From assembly GCF_009914755.1 (NCBI RefSeq), contig NC_060930.1: 64,000 nucleotides of DNA. One strand, written 5' to 3'. The DNA is from the human T2T-CHM13v2.0 reference genome, Homo sapiens. The notes below the pieces were generated by a model. The model was not told where the DNA came from. It did not search any database and saw only the letters and a program-made list of their open reading frames with translations. Positions 18,261-31,200 of the stretch are shown piece after piece; the first letter of the stretch is position 1, and each line of letters starts with the position of its first letter. The translations under genes were made by a program, and so were the position numbers.

Positions 18261-18502
18261 CAATTCATATGCCAGCTCCAAGTAAGAGTTAAGAAACTTT
18301 CTGCATATAGACCCTAATTCCCACTGGTGGGCTCCAGTATTACTGGAAGCTATTTGAACAACACACCCTGCACACCCTGGAATGCATAGCAGTATGCAGT
18401 GGCCCTGGATTCCAAATATGTTGTCCACAGAGACTGCAAAATAAATAAATAAAGCTGCTGAGTCTAACACTTGAGCTCCTACTGGACCAAGCTGACTTCT
18501 GA

Positions 18503-18836
18503 CCAGGGCTATAGGACAGAGTGCAGCAAGATAGTAACTATTTTAGGTTTTGAGGGCCTACATCTCTATTGTCATTTACTCAACTCTACCATTGTAGCGT
18601 GAAAGCAGCCAAAGATAATACATAAACAAACAAGTGGAGTGGCTTCATCCAAATAAAGTTTTATTCACAAAAACACTGCAATTTGAATTTCATGCAATTT
18701 TCATGTGTCACAAAATATTATTCTTTTTGATTTTTTTCAGCTTTAAAAAAATCTAAACACCATGCTTAGCTCATGGGCAGTATAAAGCCAGGCAGTGGGC
18801 CAGATTTGGCCCAAGAGCATTAGTTGGCCAATTCCT
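18503..18836. mobile_element. MER58B-like hAT-Charlie DNA transposon
   Basis: actcaactctaccattgtagcgtgaaagcagcc..gggccagatttggccc. Confidence 0.75.
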
Positions 18837-19223
18837 AATGCAGGATGAATGTCTGGTTTGTATCGATCTGCTAGAGAAGCCTGAGGAAAAGGACGTGTTC
18901 TGATTTGTAAGCAGAAGAGATGTGTACCCCTTCCAGGCAGGATCTTTAGAAGCCAGGACATGGCTCCATCATATTATCTTTTGCCCCCCTCTTACAACAT
19001 CCCTGCTAGTCAGCCTGGACCCAAAGTGAAGATGCATAGAACAAGGCCACAGCTAACCTACAGTGAATATGAAACCTGGTTGAGAAATAAACATGTATTG
19101 ATACAAGCCACCAAGATTTAGGGATCATGTTGTTACTGCACATATGTTAGCTTCTGTTGACTGACACACACCTGAACAGCTTGTTTTGCATTTGTACTTG
19201 CTTGAGTCCTATAAGCATTTTAG

Positions 19224-19518
<295 letters not shown>

Positions 19519-21183
19519 TCCTTTTTTAAGCCATCTGAGCTTTCATTTCTCCATCTATAAATGTGCAACATTATGTACCCTCACAAGGTTGTCATGAGGA
19601 TTAAAATGAGTTATTATATGTGAGAAATGCTTTATAAATTGTAAAGCACTATAGAAAAGTTTTTATTACTTTTATTATCAAATCACCATAAAATAAGACA
19701 GACTTTATCAGATTCTACTATAGAAGTAAAAAGTATTATGAGGCGGGAGGTACTCGAGATGACTGGGATCACAGAAGTCTTCAAGAGGAAGTGGCATTTG
19801 AATTAGATATTCAAAGACTGGCAGGATTCTAGTAGAAACACGCGCACAGGTAGGTAGCAACAGCCCATATTCTAACACACACTTGAATGTCCTTTGTCCC
19901 TGCCCTTGTTTGAAGTCCTAACACTGGTATCTGTTCATTAAATTTTGAGAAAGAACGAAGAAGTTCCATTACAGGTAAACAGTGCGTAATAGAAGAGGAT
20001 TCTGAAGTGTTCATTCTGAAATTTGATGTAATATTTAAAATTATTTCATTTCAACTCAGAGTAAAGGCAGCCCAGAGGAGTTAGCTACATAATTGCTCTT
20101 TTAACAGTCCTTGCTACCCTTAGCACATTTAATTATTACATAATTACTCATACTTATGGCCTAGTGTGGAAATTATATGTGGATTATCAATCTTGATGAT
20201 GAATATAAAAGAAAAGCAGTCATTACTCTCTGTCCCCAGAAGGTCTCCCCTGTCTCCCCAAGAGAGGACAAACAGCTCTCTCTGGGCAGTGGGGAAAGAT
20301 AAGACCAGAAGCACCACAGCTGTGAGCTTGGAGACCTCACAAAGGATGAAGGTACAAAAGGTTTACACATTTCCAGAAATATTTCACCTTTGGTTTATCT
20401 TACTCAGACTCACAAATCACAAATGCTCACTGGGATATCCAACTGTTCAGTTAGAAAAGGTCTTGCCCAACACAAATTTCATGAGCGTCAAAAACATTCC
20501 AGCAGACTTCTTTGTTCCTTTCAATCCCACCTCAGAGCTCACTCTCACATTGAAAAAATAAACCCATGGATTTAACGGTGATCCACCCATGACTAGACTC
20601 GAAATCAGAGTACTTGACCCTTACATCTTCAGTCAGACTTTTAGCTTCTCCTGAATCACAGCTCTGCGATTGACAGGAAGGACAATCAATGGCAATGAGT
20701 GGGAAAATCACACAAATAACACAACATATGACTCTGTTCCTGCAAGAGCGCAAACTCTCTGCAACTCTAACATTTTATTACGTGTTTTAGGAAATAATTT
20801 GAGGAATTTGTGTAAGACCTTTCATAAGTGAGGGAGCTGTCTGCTTATATTCAGTATTAAATCTCAGATCTTACCTATTTCAAGAGACACCAGGAGTATC
20901 CCAAGTGCCCAGGAGGAGCACCCCTTAGCTCTTTTGTGACTTTTTTTTTTAAAGAGTCAAAAAGTGTAAAATAAAGCTCTCAGCCTTTTATCCTTCAGAG
21001 TCTCTTGACTGAGGGACCATTATATTCATACAAAGCCTCTTCCCTCCTGGAGCTTATAATCTAGTTAGGGAGCAGGCAGAGAAATGAGTCATGAAGAAGC
21101 AGCACAAGACTTGAGTGGCAGTACACAGCAACTTCAAGGCCATATGGGCTTAAACAACCAAAGAGCAGTTCTTCAATAATTCA

Positions 21184-21802
<619 letters not shown>

Positions 21803-22004
21803 CTACCTAGGTGTGAACAGCTAGCATGATCCTCTGCTTGGGTTTGTAACAGATTAATGGCAAAGGGCCCAGCGTCAGCTTCTCAGCCTTTTGAAATAGG
21901 GATAATATTCCCTAGGGTAAGAAAGAGAAAGCAAAAAATAAAAAGAATAAAATTGGTATAGTAACAGTACCTACCTTATAGCAGTATTGATCCAAGAATA
22001 AAAT

Positions 22005-22062
22005 GACTGTATATATGATATATATATATATGCACATACATATGCTCTATAAATATAAGCTC

Positions 22063-22093
<31 letters not shown>

Positions 22094-22110
22094 TTATACA
22101 TGTATACATA
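22005..22110. repeat. (TA)n/(TG)n microsatellites inside a MIR remnant
   Basis: Visible runs; MIR-like flank aacagtacctacct. Confidence 0.85.
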
Positions 22111-23239
22111 TCTTAAAACAGGACCTGGCAAATAAGTTCTAGGTACAAGTTAATTATTATTTTATAATTGGGGGTTCTATTCCATCATCTTTGGACATGG
22201 CTAAATAGGCATATTTAATTCTTTCTTTGGGTTTTATTGACCAAAATAAGAATAATTCTCTTGGTCTGGGACAGCTAGAGACCTGCTTCCTGGCTCTACA
22301 GTACTCCAAATAGAAACCAGGCATTTGGCAGAATAAAAGGCCCCGAATCTGTACTCCTGCGAGCACCTCCCTGAGCACCAAGCCTGTTTCTTCCACAGCC
22401 TTCCCCTGACACCTGGGAAGGGAGAGTCTTTCCCATTAGAACCCCAGAAACAGTGATTAAGATGGACAACTTCTGAAACAAATCGGAAACTTTTTTTAAA
22501 GGAGGAAAAAGGCTGAACTTCCACAGTATAAATATTACTAGATGGCCTCGGGCTCAGATGCCATTCACAAACTCCTCAAGCTGTGTGCTCGCAATTTATG
22601 ACATTTAACAGAGCCCCTGGAGAGACCTTCAGTCTTGCCTGCACTCCAGAGCTAAATATTAGCCTCCTTGTGTTAATGAGGCCGAGTCAGGGAGGAGGAA
22701 GAAGGGAGATCATTGGAGTGATTTTGCTTGTTAACCCCCAGCCCTCTTCGCTCTTCCCTTCGCTTTTCACTCCCCGCCTTTAGAGAAAGCTGGAAGCTTT
22801 CATGACAAGGATTCAGTGTGTCCCCTTCACCAGCACCAGTGCTAGATCACCCCCCACCCTCTGCGCCATGGGCTGCACAGCCCCCAGACCCCAGGGCATG
22901 GCTGGAAAGAGAGGACAGAAGATACACAGGGAGGAGGCCCTGCACAGTGAAGGCCAGTAGGGTCCTGGCCTCACCCAGGCCTGCCTCTACTTACCTCTCA
23001 TACCAGCCTGTAAACAGATGTGGCTCTGGTGAATCTCTAGGCCCCCAGCAAGGGAGGATCTGTACTTATACAAGATAGTCCAGCCAAAGCCCACTTCTGG
23101 ACAGGAGGCCATTCATGTGAACCAGCCCCACCCACACCTGCTTCCCCTCATTAGGCCTGACCATCTCCTGGACAGGGCAGTTATGCTCTCTAGGCCTAAG
23201 GCTGCCAGATTTAGCAAAAATGAATTCTATTTTTGTAAT

Positions 23240-23540
<301 letters not shown>

Positions 23541-23652
23541 TAGTTTTAATGTAAGTATGTCCCACACAATATTTGAGACATACTTATACTTTAAAATTAC
23601 TCTTTGTTCATTTGAAATTCAAATTTGATTTGGCATTATGCATTTTATCTGG

Positions 23653-24015
23653 TGATATGGTTTGGCTCTGTGTCCCCACTCAAATCTCATATCAGATTGT
23701 AATCCCCATGTGTTAGGGGAGGGACCTGGTGGGAGGTGATTGAATCATGGGGTGATTTTCCCCACACTGCACTCATGACATCTGATGGTTTAAAAGTGCG
23801 TGGCAGTTGCCCCGTCGCTCTTTCTCTCTCTCCTACTCCACCATGGCAAGACATGCTTGCTTCCCTTTCATCTTCTGCCATGATTGTAAGTTTCCTGAGG
23901 CCTCCCAGCCATGCTTCTGTACAGCATGGAATTGTGAGCCCATTAAACCTCTTTCCTTCATAAATTCTTCAGTCTCAGGTAGTTCTTTATAGCAGTGTGA
24001 GAACAGACTAATACA
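23653..24015 (+). mobile_element. THE1D/MSTA-like solo LTR
   Basis: tgatatggtttggctc..gactaataca; 5-bp TSD tctgg at 23648-23652 and 24016-24020. Confidence 0.92.
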
Positions 24016-24075
24016 TCTGGAAACCCTGGCTCAGCCTCAGTTTCCTCATCACTAAATGGAGTATTAAACTAGATC

Positions 24076-24325
24076 AGTGATTTCCAAACTTTTTTTAAGG
24101 TCAAAGTTCCTCTCTTAAGAGAAATCTTACCCAGAAGCACAATATATGAAACAAATAAGAACAGAGCCACCCAGATTGAGGCAGAAGTGGCAGCCTAAGC
24201 CCTCCTCCCACCTTTTGCTGAACCCAGGTCTGTCCTGGGTTCTGTTTCAACACCAAGGGAGTACATCAACCCCGCAATTTTATCTGTCTCCTCCACCTAG
24301 GCTTTCAGAGGCCTTCAAAAATGAA
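24076..24325. mobile_element. MER103-like hAT element
   Basis: cagtgatttccaaact..gaaatcttacccagaagcacaatatatgaaacaaataag. Confidence 0.55.
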
Positions 24326-24584
24326 GACCCTGCAAAACTTTACTCATTCATGTCTGTTTCCTTGGCCACTAGAACTCCTTCACATGCACTGTCATGAGAG
24401 GTAAGGAGGTTATCTCCAAATACTCCAGGTCATAATCCCATTCCCCAAACCCCTGAGACGTAGGCTAGGCTCCTCCTCTGTAGGCACATGCCACAGTGAT
24501 AAAGTGCCTCAGAGACTGCCCAGAGAGGCTGTGTGTGGCAGTGGAGAAAGCATGGTCTCCACTGCCACTGTTTAGCTGGGTAAC

Positions 24585-24945
24585 TGATATGGTTTGGAAG
24601 TGTCCCCACCCAAATCTCATCTTGAATTATAGCTCCCATAATTTCCACATGTTGTGGGAGGGACCTGTAGGAAGAGAATTGAATCATGGGGACCGTTTTC
24701 CCTATACTGTTCTCATGGTAGTGAATAAGTCTCACGAGAACTGATGATTTTATAAGGGGTTTCCCTTTTCACTTGGCTCTCATTCTCTCTTGCCTGCCAC
24801 CATGTAAGACGTGCCTTTCACCTTTTGCCATGATTTTGAGGCCTCCCAGCCATGTGGAACTGTGAGTTCATTAAACCTCTTTTTCACTGTAGATTACCCA
24901 GTCTCAGGTATGTCTTTATCAGCAGTGTGAAAATGGCCTAATGAA
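24585..24945 (+). mobile_element. THE1B/C solo LTR inserted in a MIR
   Basis: tgatatggtttgg start; TSD gtaac at 24580-24584 and 24946-24950. Confidence 0.92.
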
Positions 24946-25639
24946 GTAACCTTGGAACGTGAACGTAGTCTCTGAATATCAGTTTCTTGATGCTAAGGAT
25001 ATTGTTATAATAATTAATATTATACTTATATTTAAAATACAAATACCTTTTGATACATAAGTTTCACTTGCAGAAATATGTCCTTCAACTATTAGTGTAC
25101 AAAATACAAAATGTATTACCTGTTTAAAATATCCAAAAACTAAAAATAAGCCATCAAAAGGGGATTGGTTAAATAAGTATGGTACATTCATCAATTAAAT
25201 CCTATTGCACTTTTAAAAAATAAAATGGATCTATATATGCTAATAAAGGTAAATATCCAGTATATATTATCAAATATAAAAGTAATAAGTCCAATAGTAG
25301 ATAAAATTTTATAAAATAAATATTGGCTATGCATGGGGGAAAAACCTAGAAAATACTACATTGGAAGTGATTTGGTTGTTTTCCTCTTTTACGTTATAAA
25401 TTTATATATTGCTTTAATTTTTATACCAACATATATTAGTTTTAGAATCAGATCAGTAAAGTTTTTTAAAGAAATTTAGAGACTTCTAAATTTTTTCTTT
25501 ATTTTATTGTTGAAGAAACTGGAACCCAGAGAATCACACAAGGAATGATTTCTGCCTTTTACATCGTTCACTTTTTTGGCTATCCTCTAACTCTTTGGGA
25601 AGCTAGCTTCCCTTCCCTATCTGGAAGAGAGAGATCTAT

Positions 25640-25940
25640 TCTCATTTAATCAGTCTAGGGTGTGGCCTGAGCACTGGGATTTTTAAAATCTACCTAGGTG
25701 CTTCTGAAGTGCAGCACCCAAGTTTGCAAACCACTGTTTCATATAGTATGTACTTAATAAGTAGGACTGATTGTAATTATAAATTTGATGAGGCTCCAAA
25801 TGACTGTGATCATGCCTAACATATAACCCCCTATAATACCATTCTATCATAAATCGCATACACCATGCTGTAATAAAGAGCAGAGAGAACTATAAAATTT
25901 AGCAGCTAGGTCTTACCTAAACATTTTCTTTAAAAAGCAG
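25640..25940 (+). repeat. Local duplication copy 1 (right half of MER5A plus ~200 bp flank)
   Basis: Collinear with 27965-28260. Confidence 0.85.
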
Positions 25941-27880
25941 AAGAAAATGTACCAATCAGATACGGGCATATAATTCTGGCTGGCCAATTAGAATATACAT
26001 CCTGCAGGACACAGGGCTTGGTTCAGGGATGAATATGTGACATAAACACAGTCAATTCAAATCTTTTTCAGGAACTCCTATAGATACAGAAAGAGAAGAT
26101 TTCATACCTTTTACTTTCAATCACTATTCATGAGTAATATCTAAGTTTGAAACTACCTAGGCATATCTTTTGCCACAAAATAGAAAAACTAAACCTGAAA
26201 ATGAATCCAAAGAAATAAAGAAAATCTGGGAGAGCAACAATGTTCTATTGATATCCATAAAGCCACTGGATCCAGTTGGGCCTATGGCTTGCTCCATCCT
26301 CTTGAAATTCCTGTTTTTGCTAACTAGTGTGAGGGAGTTTTGCAGAAAACGGCAACTACAGATGATTGCCAACATTGCAGAGCTCAAAGGTGCAGAGCAA
26401 GGGCTAACTCCCCATCCTACCACTCCCCCTCCAACCCACCCATTCCAATAGCTGTCCCACCACACAGATGCCCCATCACAAGGCCTGCGGTGGTGCTGGT
26501 GTTCAGATGCTACCTCTTCGGTACAAATGTACACTTGTATAAATCCTCTGGAAGAAAACTTCACAAAATATATTATGAGCCTTCAAAATATCTGCACTTC
26601 TGTGTGACAAGGGGAAAATGTGTTGATGAATGGTCTTTTTGATCATTACATTTCTCATTGTCAATGAATGCATTGCCTTTCTGATTTTAGTGTTTATACT
26701 CTTTGGCTCACAATTGCCACTTAGGAAATAGATCCTATGGAATTTTTTTAAATTGTGAGCAAAGATTTAAGAAGAAAGAGGTTTATATAAAATAGAAAAA
26801 AGTGAGATATCCTGAGGTATGATGATAGTGAAGCAAGTTATGACATATCCAAAGAATGGAATATTAAGCAGTAGTTTTAAAAACCTGTTGCACATTTATG
26901 GTTTTTAATGACAAGAAAAAATAATTAAGTGAAAAGGTAGGGTTTGTTTCACCTGTTCCATTTTACCATATCTAATGTATCTTAGAAGCATTTCATTAAA
27001 ACCATCTCTAATTTGGGAAGCAAACTGATGCAGTATAGCCAAGAGTTAGATTTGTGGAAGAGACCTACAGTGGCAGATCATTATTATTATTTGGTTGAAA
27101 TAATATCAGTACCTACAATATACTTCACTGAGCACATTTCCAGTCATATCAAATATTCTTCACATCCCAGCTACCAGAGTTCCTATGAATTGCTTACACA
27201 AAATCTTTGTACAAGTAGCCCCAGAATGATGCCCTTGAGGCAAACAACTGAGCAAGATGACAAGAAGGTATGAAGAATTACGTGAAGCTCCCCTACAGGC
27301 AATTTTGGTTCTTCCAGACCAGTTACCGAAGTCAGGCACACTAGAGCCCCCAAATAACTAACTAAGGATATTTTCTCTTTAAAGTGAATATTCAGTGTGT
27401 CCCCTGGGACTCACTCATGACCAAAAAGGAATATTTTTATCATGCCACCTGCCTTCTGCTTCCGTAACTGAAAAACAACTCTTCACCTTATTATGTTTTT
27501 TGCCAAGAACTATATTTTATCAGGCAATCTTGCATTTATTGCTTTTCTTGATAGATAGATTCAAAGGTTTTATTAATAGGGTAAAAGTTTAAGAATTATT
27601 GTCGATTTGGTTTACTATAGAAAATATCAAAAATCTATACTTAGAAGCAGTGTGGTGTTATGGGGAGTACCAGAGACCAGGGTTCAAATCGTGACTGGGC
27701 CTGGAGCGAAACTCCATCTCAAAAAAAAAGAAAGAAAAAGAAAACATCTTGTGATATTGATAAAAATCAGGCTCTGATACAGTGAGACTGGGATGGAGCA
27801 CTAGAGTTCCAACAAGCTCTCAGGTGATACCAATACTGCTGGTACACAGACCAAGCTATCAGTAGCAAAGCTATATATAT

Positions 27881-28062
27881 CACTGGTTCTCAAACTTGAC
27901 TAGACCTTTGAATTATCTGAGGAACTTTAAGAAATACTGATGATTGAGTTCCACCCCCAGAGAGTCTCATTAAATTGCTCTGGGGTGTGGCCTGAGTATT
28001 GGGATTTCTTTGAATATCCCTAGGTGATTCTGAGGTGTAGCACCCAAGTTTAAAAACCACTG
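27881..28062. mobile_element. MER5A hAT MITE
   Basis: TIRs cactggttctcaaac ... aaaaaccactg. Confidence 0.8.
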
Positions 28063-28260
28063 TTCTACATAGTATGTGCTTAATAAGTAGAACCTATTAT
28101 AAATTTGACAAGCGTTCAGATGACTGTAATTACACTTAACATATAACATACTATAATACTACTCTATAATAAATAATATATATCATGCTGTAATAAAGAA
28201 CAGAGAAAACTGTATAACTTAACAGGTAGATCTTAGCTAAACAATTGTTTTTAAAGCAAA
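27965..28260 (+). repeat. Local duplication copy 2
   Basis: Collinear with 25640-25940. Confidence 0.85.
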
Positions 28261-31200
28261 ACAGTCAGAGTCTATATAGAATTTAGAGTTTTCTAAACTG
28301 TATATGTAACTACTTTAAATGAATGCATATGCAACACTTTAAAGAGAAGTGCTTTGTTTTAAGAGTGTCTCTTCAAATGCATTCCAATGCATGGCACACA
28401 TAAGAAGGTTTCTGTCCTATCTTGTTAACTACAATGTTTGGGGTTCTTTTAACTGTGCATTCTCATTTCCGACAGAGAGTGGGAGCACAAGACACATGAT
28501 ACAATAGGGAAAATGTCGAGACAGCGCTTTCAAACATAGTCATCCAAATGTGAAGGGGCATGCCGTTCAGAAGAAACAGAGTAAGATGATACAGCAAGAA
28601 GAGAGGAGAGCAGGTGACGCGATGTGACGCTGACATGCCAGATCAAAGACTCTGACGGGACAGAAACATTTCATTTGGGAATCAAGGGAATTGTTATAAA
28701 GTTAAGAGACAGAAGGAGGACTGTGGAAATAATAAGACTGGCTTTCAGCCACCACATCTAAGGACTTTGCCCAGAGGAACTAACTATTCAAGTGCTCATT
28801 CAGAACACTCTGACTGAAAGCTTAAATGGAAAGGATCCGGGATTCCAGTGGGATCTGCTTGTCTTTAAATGTCTCCACCCTAATTCAGGGACCTCTGGCC
28901 ATCTACAGAAGTCACCCATATTCCAACAATCTTCCTCAAAGACTAACAATCTCTAGCTCTTGAGAAATTATAGTATTCTACCAGTTCACTGACTTTAGCA
29001 CTTAATTGTGCATTTAGCACTTGCAATTGGACTGACTTATTATACATGCCATTATTTTTAAAATAAGAACTACTTTGCCATGTTTTTAGACTATTACGTC
29101 TTTCTACACTCCCTTAAACCAAATAATTTTATGTCTTCTTAATTTTTTAACTTTTTTCTACCACTTTACTCTTTTGCATAACAAACCCACTGCTTCAAAG
29201 AAAATAATTTTAAGCAATTTATTCGGAAAACTGAAAAATAATACCTATTGAGTAGTCTGAAGAGAGAGCACTCTCTAGTTTTCTCAGTTTCTGAGGTTGT
29301 CTGAGTTGGGCAAGACATTTATTCTTTTTGACCTTGTTTTTCCATTCATAAGAAACTTTAAAATATGAGAGATTTTGACAAAGTGATACAACATTTCTCA
29401 GATGGACACAACATTCAAACTTATTAAGACAAAGGTAGGAGTGGAATTAATATGAACTAATTGTACAACTTAAAGAAATTTGAATGTACCTGAGACAACA
29501 GAATCATGTTTACATTCACCAGGTCATGAATCTTAATAAATGAAGTTCAAGAAATATCATGAAGTTAATAATAATGAGTTTAAAATGTTACACTAAATAT
29601 TTCCGTAATGGTGACCAGAGTCATAAAAGAAAAAATGAAAAAGTTGAAGATTCTGTCACATGCAGGCAAATGAGAAATCTCAGTAAAGTAAAACAAGGCA
29701 AAGAAGTTGGAAGGGCCTGACGCTGGAAGAGAATGTTCCATTCTTGGACCCACTCAGTGGCGCTGAAGGATAGACATGGTTGTATGCGCTGCAGCTGTCA
29801 GGTGCAACATGATCTCTAAAGAGTATAGTCACAGAAGATAATGCCTGGCACACAGGGGGGACTCAGTAACTTCTGGATGGATGGGTAAATGAATGTGTCT
29901 CCCTATTCAGAATCCAAAAAGAGATATGAGATATTAAGTTACCTATAAAGGGGAATGAAGGATGCAGGAGAAACTCAGCAGCCCCAACAGGCAGGTAGTA
30001 TCAGGGAGATCCATCAGCAGGTGGAGGAAGGTATTCAAGGAGAGAGAACAGAGAGAACTACCAAAATAAATGGAAGATTGTTGAAACAATAATTAATACA
30101 TAGGCAAATAACACAAAAACTAAGAAGAAAATAACAACAACAAATGGATATTTTTCTGCAAGGAGAAAACAACAATGAATGGGTCTTTAGTCCTAGACAA
30201 AATCTCAATTCTCAGACCTAAGGCATAGAGCAAGATATCTCATGACCAGCACACAGCTTCAGGAATCAGAACTAGCACCAAAGGCTGCTTGCTGCTGGGA
30301 CCTGGAACTCCTGTAAATCTCCCCCTGCCTGGAGGAAGGATTAATCCTCAAGCCCAGGACAGAACTGAGAACTGCAGGTTTGTCCAGCAAGATACAGCCT
30401 TCGGGAGAGGAAAAAACAAAGGCTGAAAACCAGACAACCTGGGAAGCAAACAGGATCCTAATGACTACAGAGAAGAGAAATGGGAAGTGAAATGGGATTC
30501 CAAGAAAAGTAGAAACAGCAAATCCCATGGACTATTACAAGTCATCTAAAAACACAGCCACTCTGCAATAGCTCTGTGGTTGAGAAGCTTGAATCCTCAT
30601 GTGGTCTTACTTCCATGAGTAACCCAGCATACTAGTAAGCCAGTAACACAGTTCGAGCCCCAGTTACACTAGTAACCTAGCATACTAGTAACCCAGTGGC
30701 ACCAGCCATAAACACTCCCTGACTTCCCTTCCATGCAAAGAGACCCGTCCCAGGCTTCTGTCACAAAAGTGAATTCCTGTGATTTAGAATAAACTACTGA
30801 CAGGAATGCTAAGACTGAAAAAAGATTACATGAAAAATATCCAAGGGTTTCCTTTTCCAAAATCAAAACATAGACCATTTCACACCAAGAGTGAGGATTT
30901 CTGCCATCCATTGGGAGGAATGGAAAATAGCCCGTTGAGCCCACAGGAATATTGCTTGCTGGAATAAAGGAGCCAGAGTGTGCAGAGAGTACTTCCCTTT
31001 TCAGCTCAGGTCCAGATCTCTTATTCCCTCATCAAGTCAGGCTCAGTGGCTGAGCCTCTCTCCAGCTAAACAAAGAGGAGAGCTGAAGTCATTGACTCTG
31101 TGCCCTAGAATGTGAGCAGTTTGCTCACATGGAAAGAAGTCCCTTCTCCTGCTCCTTCAGCTGCCCATTCTAAGGACCCTTCCTCACATCAGTATTCTGA

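Noticed and set aside
20615-20690. Possible minus-strand micro-exon (cgcag|...|gtaagg)
   Set aside because: Weak splice sites and no supporting neighbouring exons or recognisable peptide
23653-24945. Two THE1 LTRs as the ends of one provirus
   Set aside because: Each has its own distinct 5-bp TSD, they look like different subfamilies, and the interval is not THE1-internal sequence
26157-26642. Overlapping 93-135 aa ORFs between the duplicated blocks
   Set aside because: No recognisable protein similarity, non-ATG starts and no convincing splice donor; consistent with chance ORFs
30618-30697. CRISPR-like repeat-spacer-repeat
   Set aside because: Only two units, spacer related to the repeat, eukaryotic context and no cas genes
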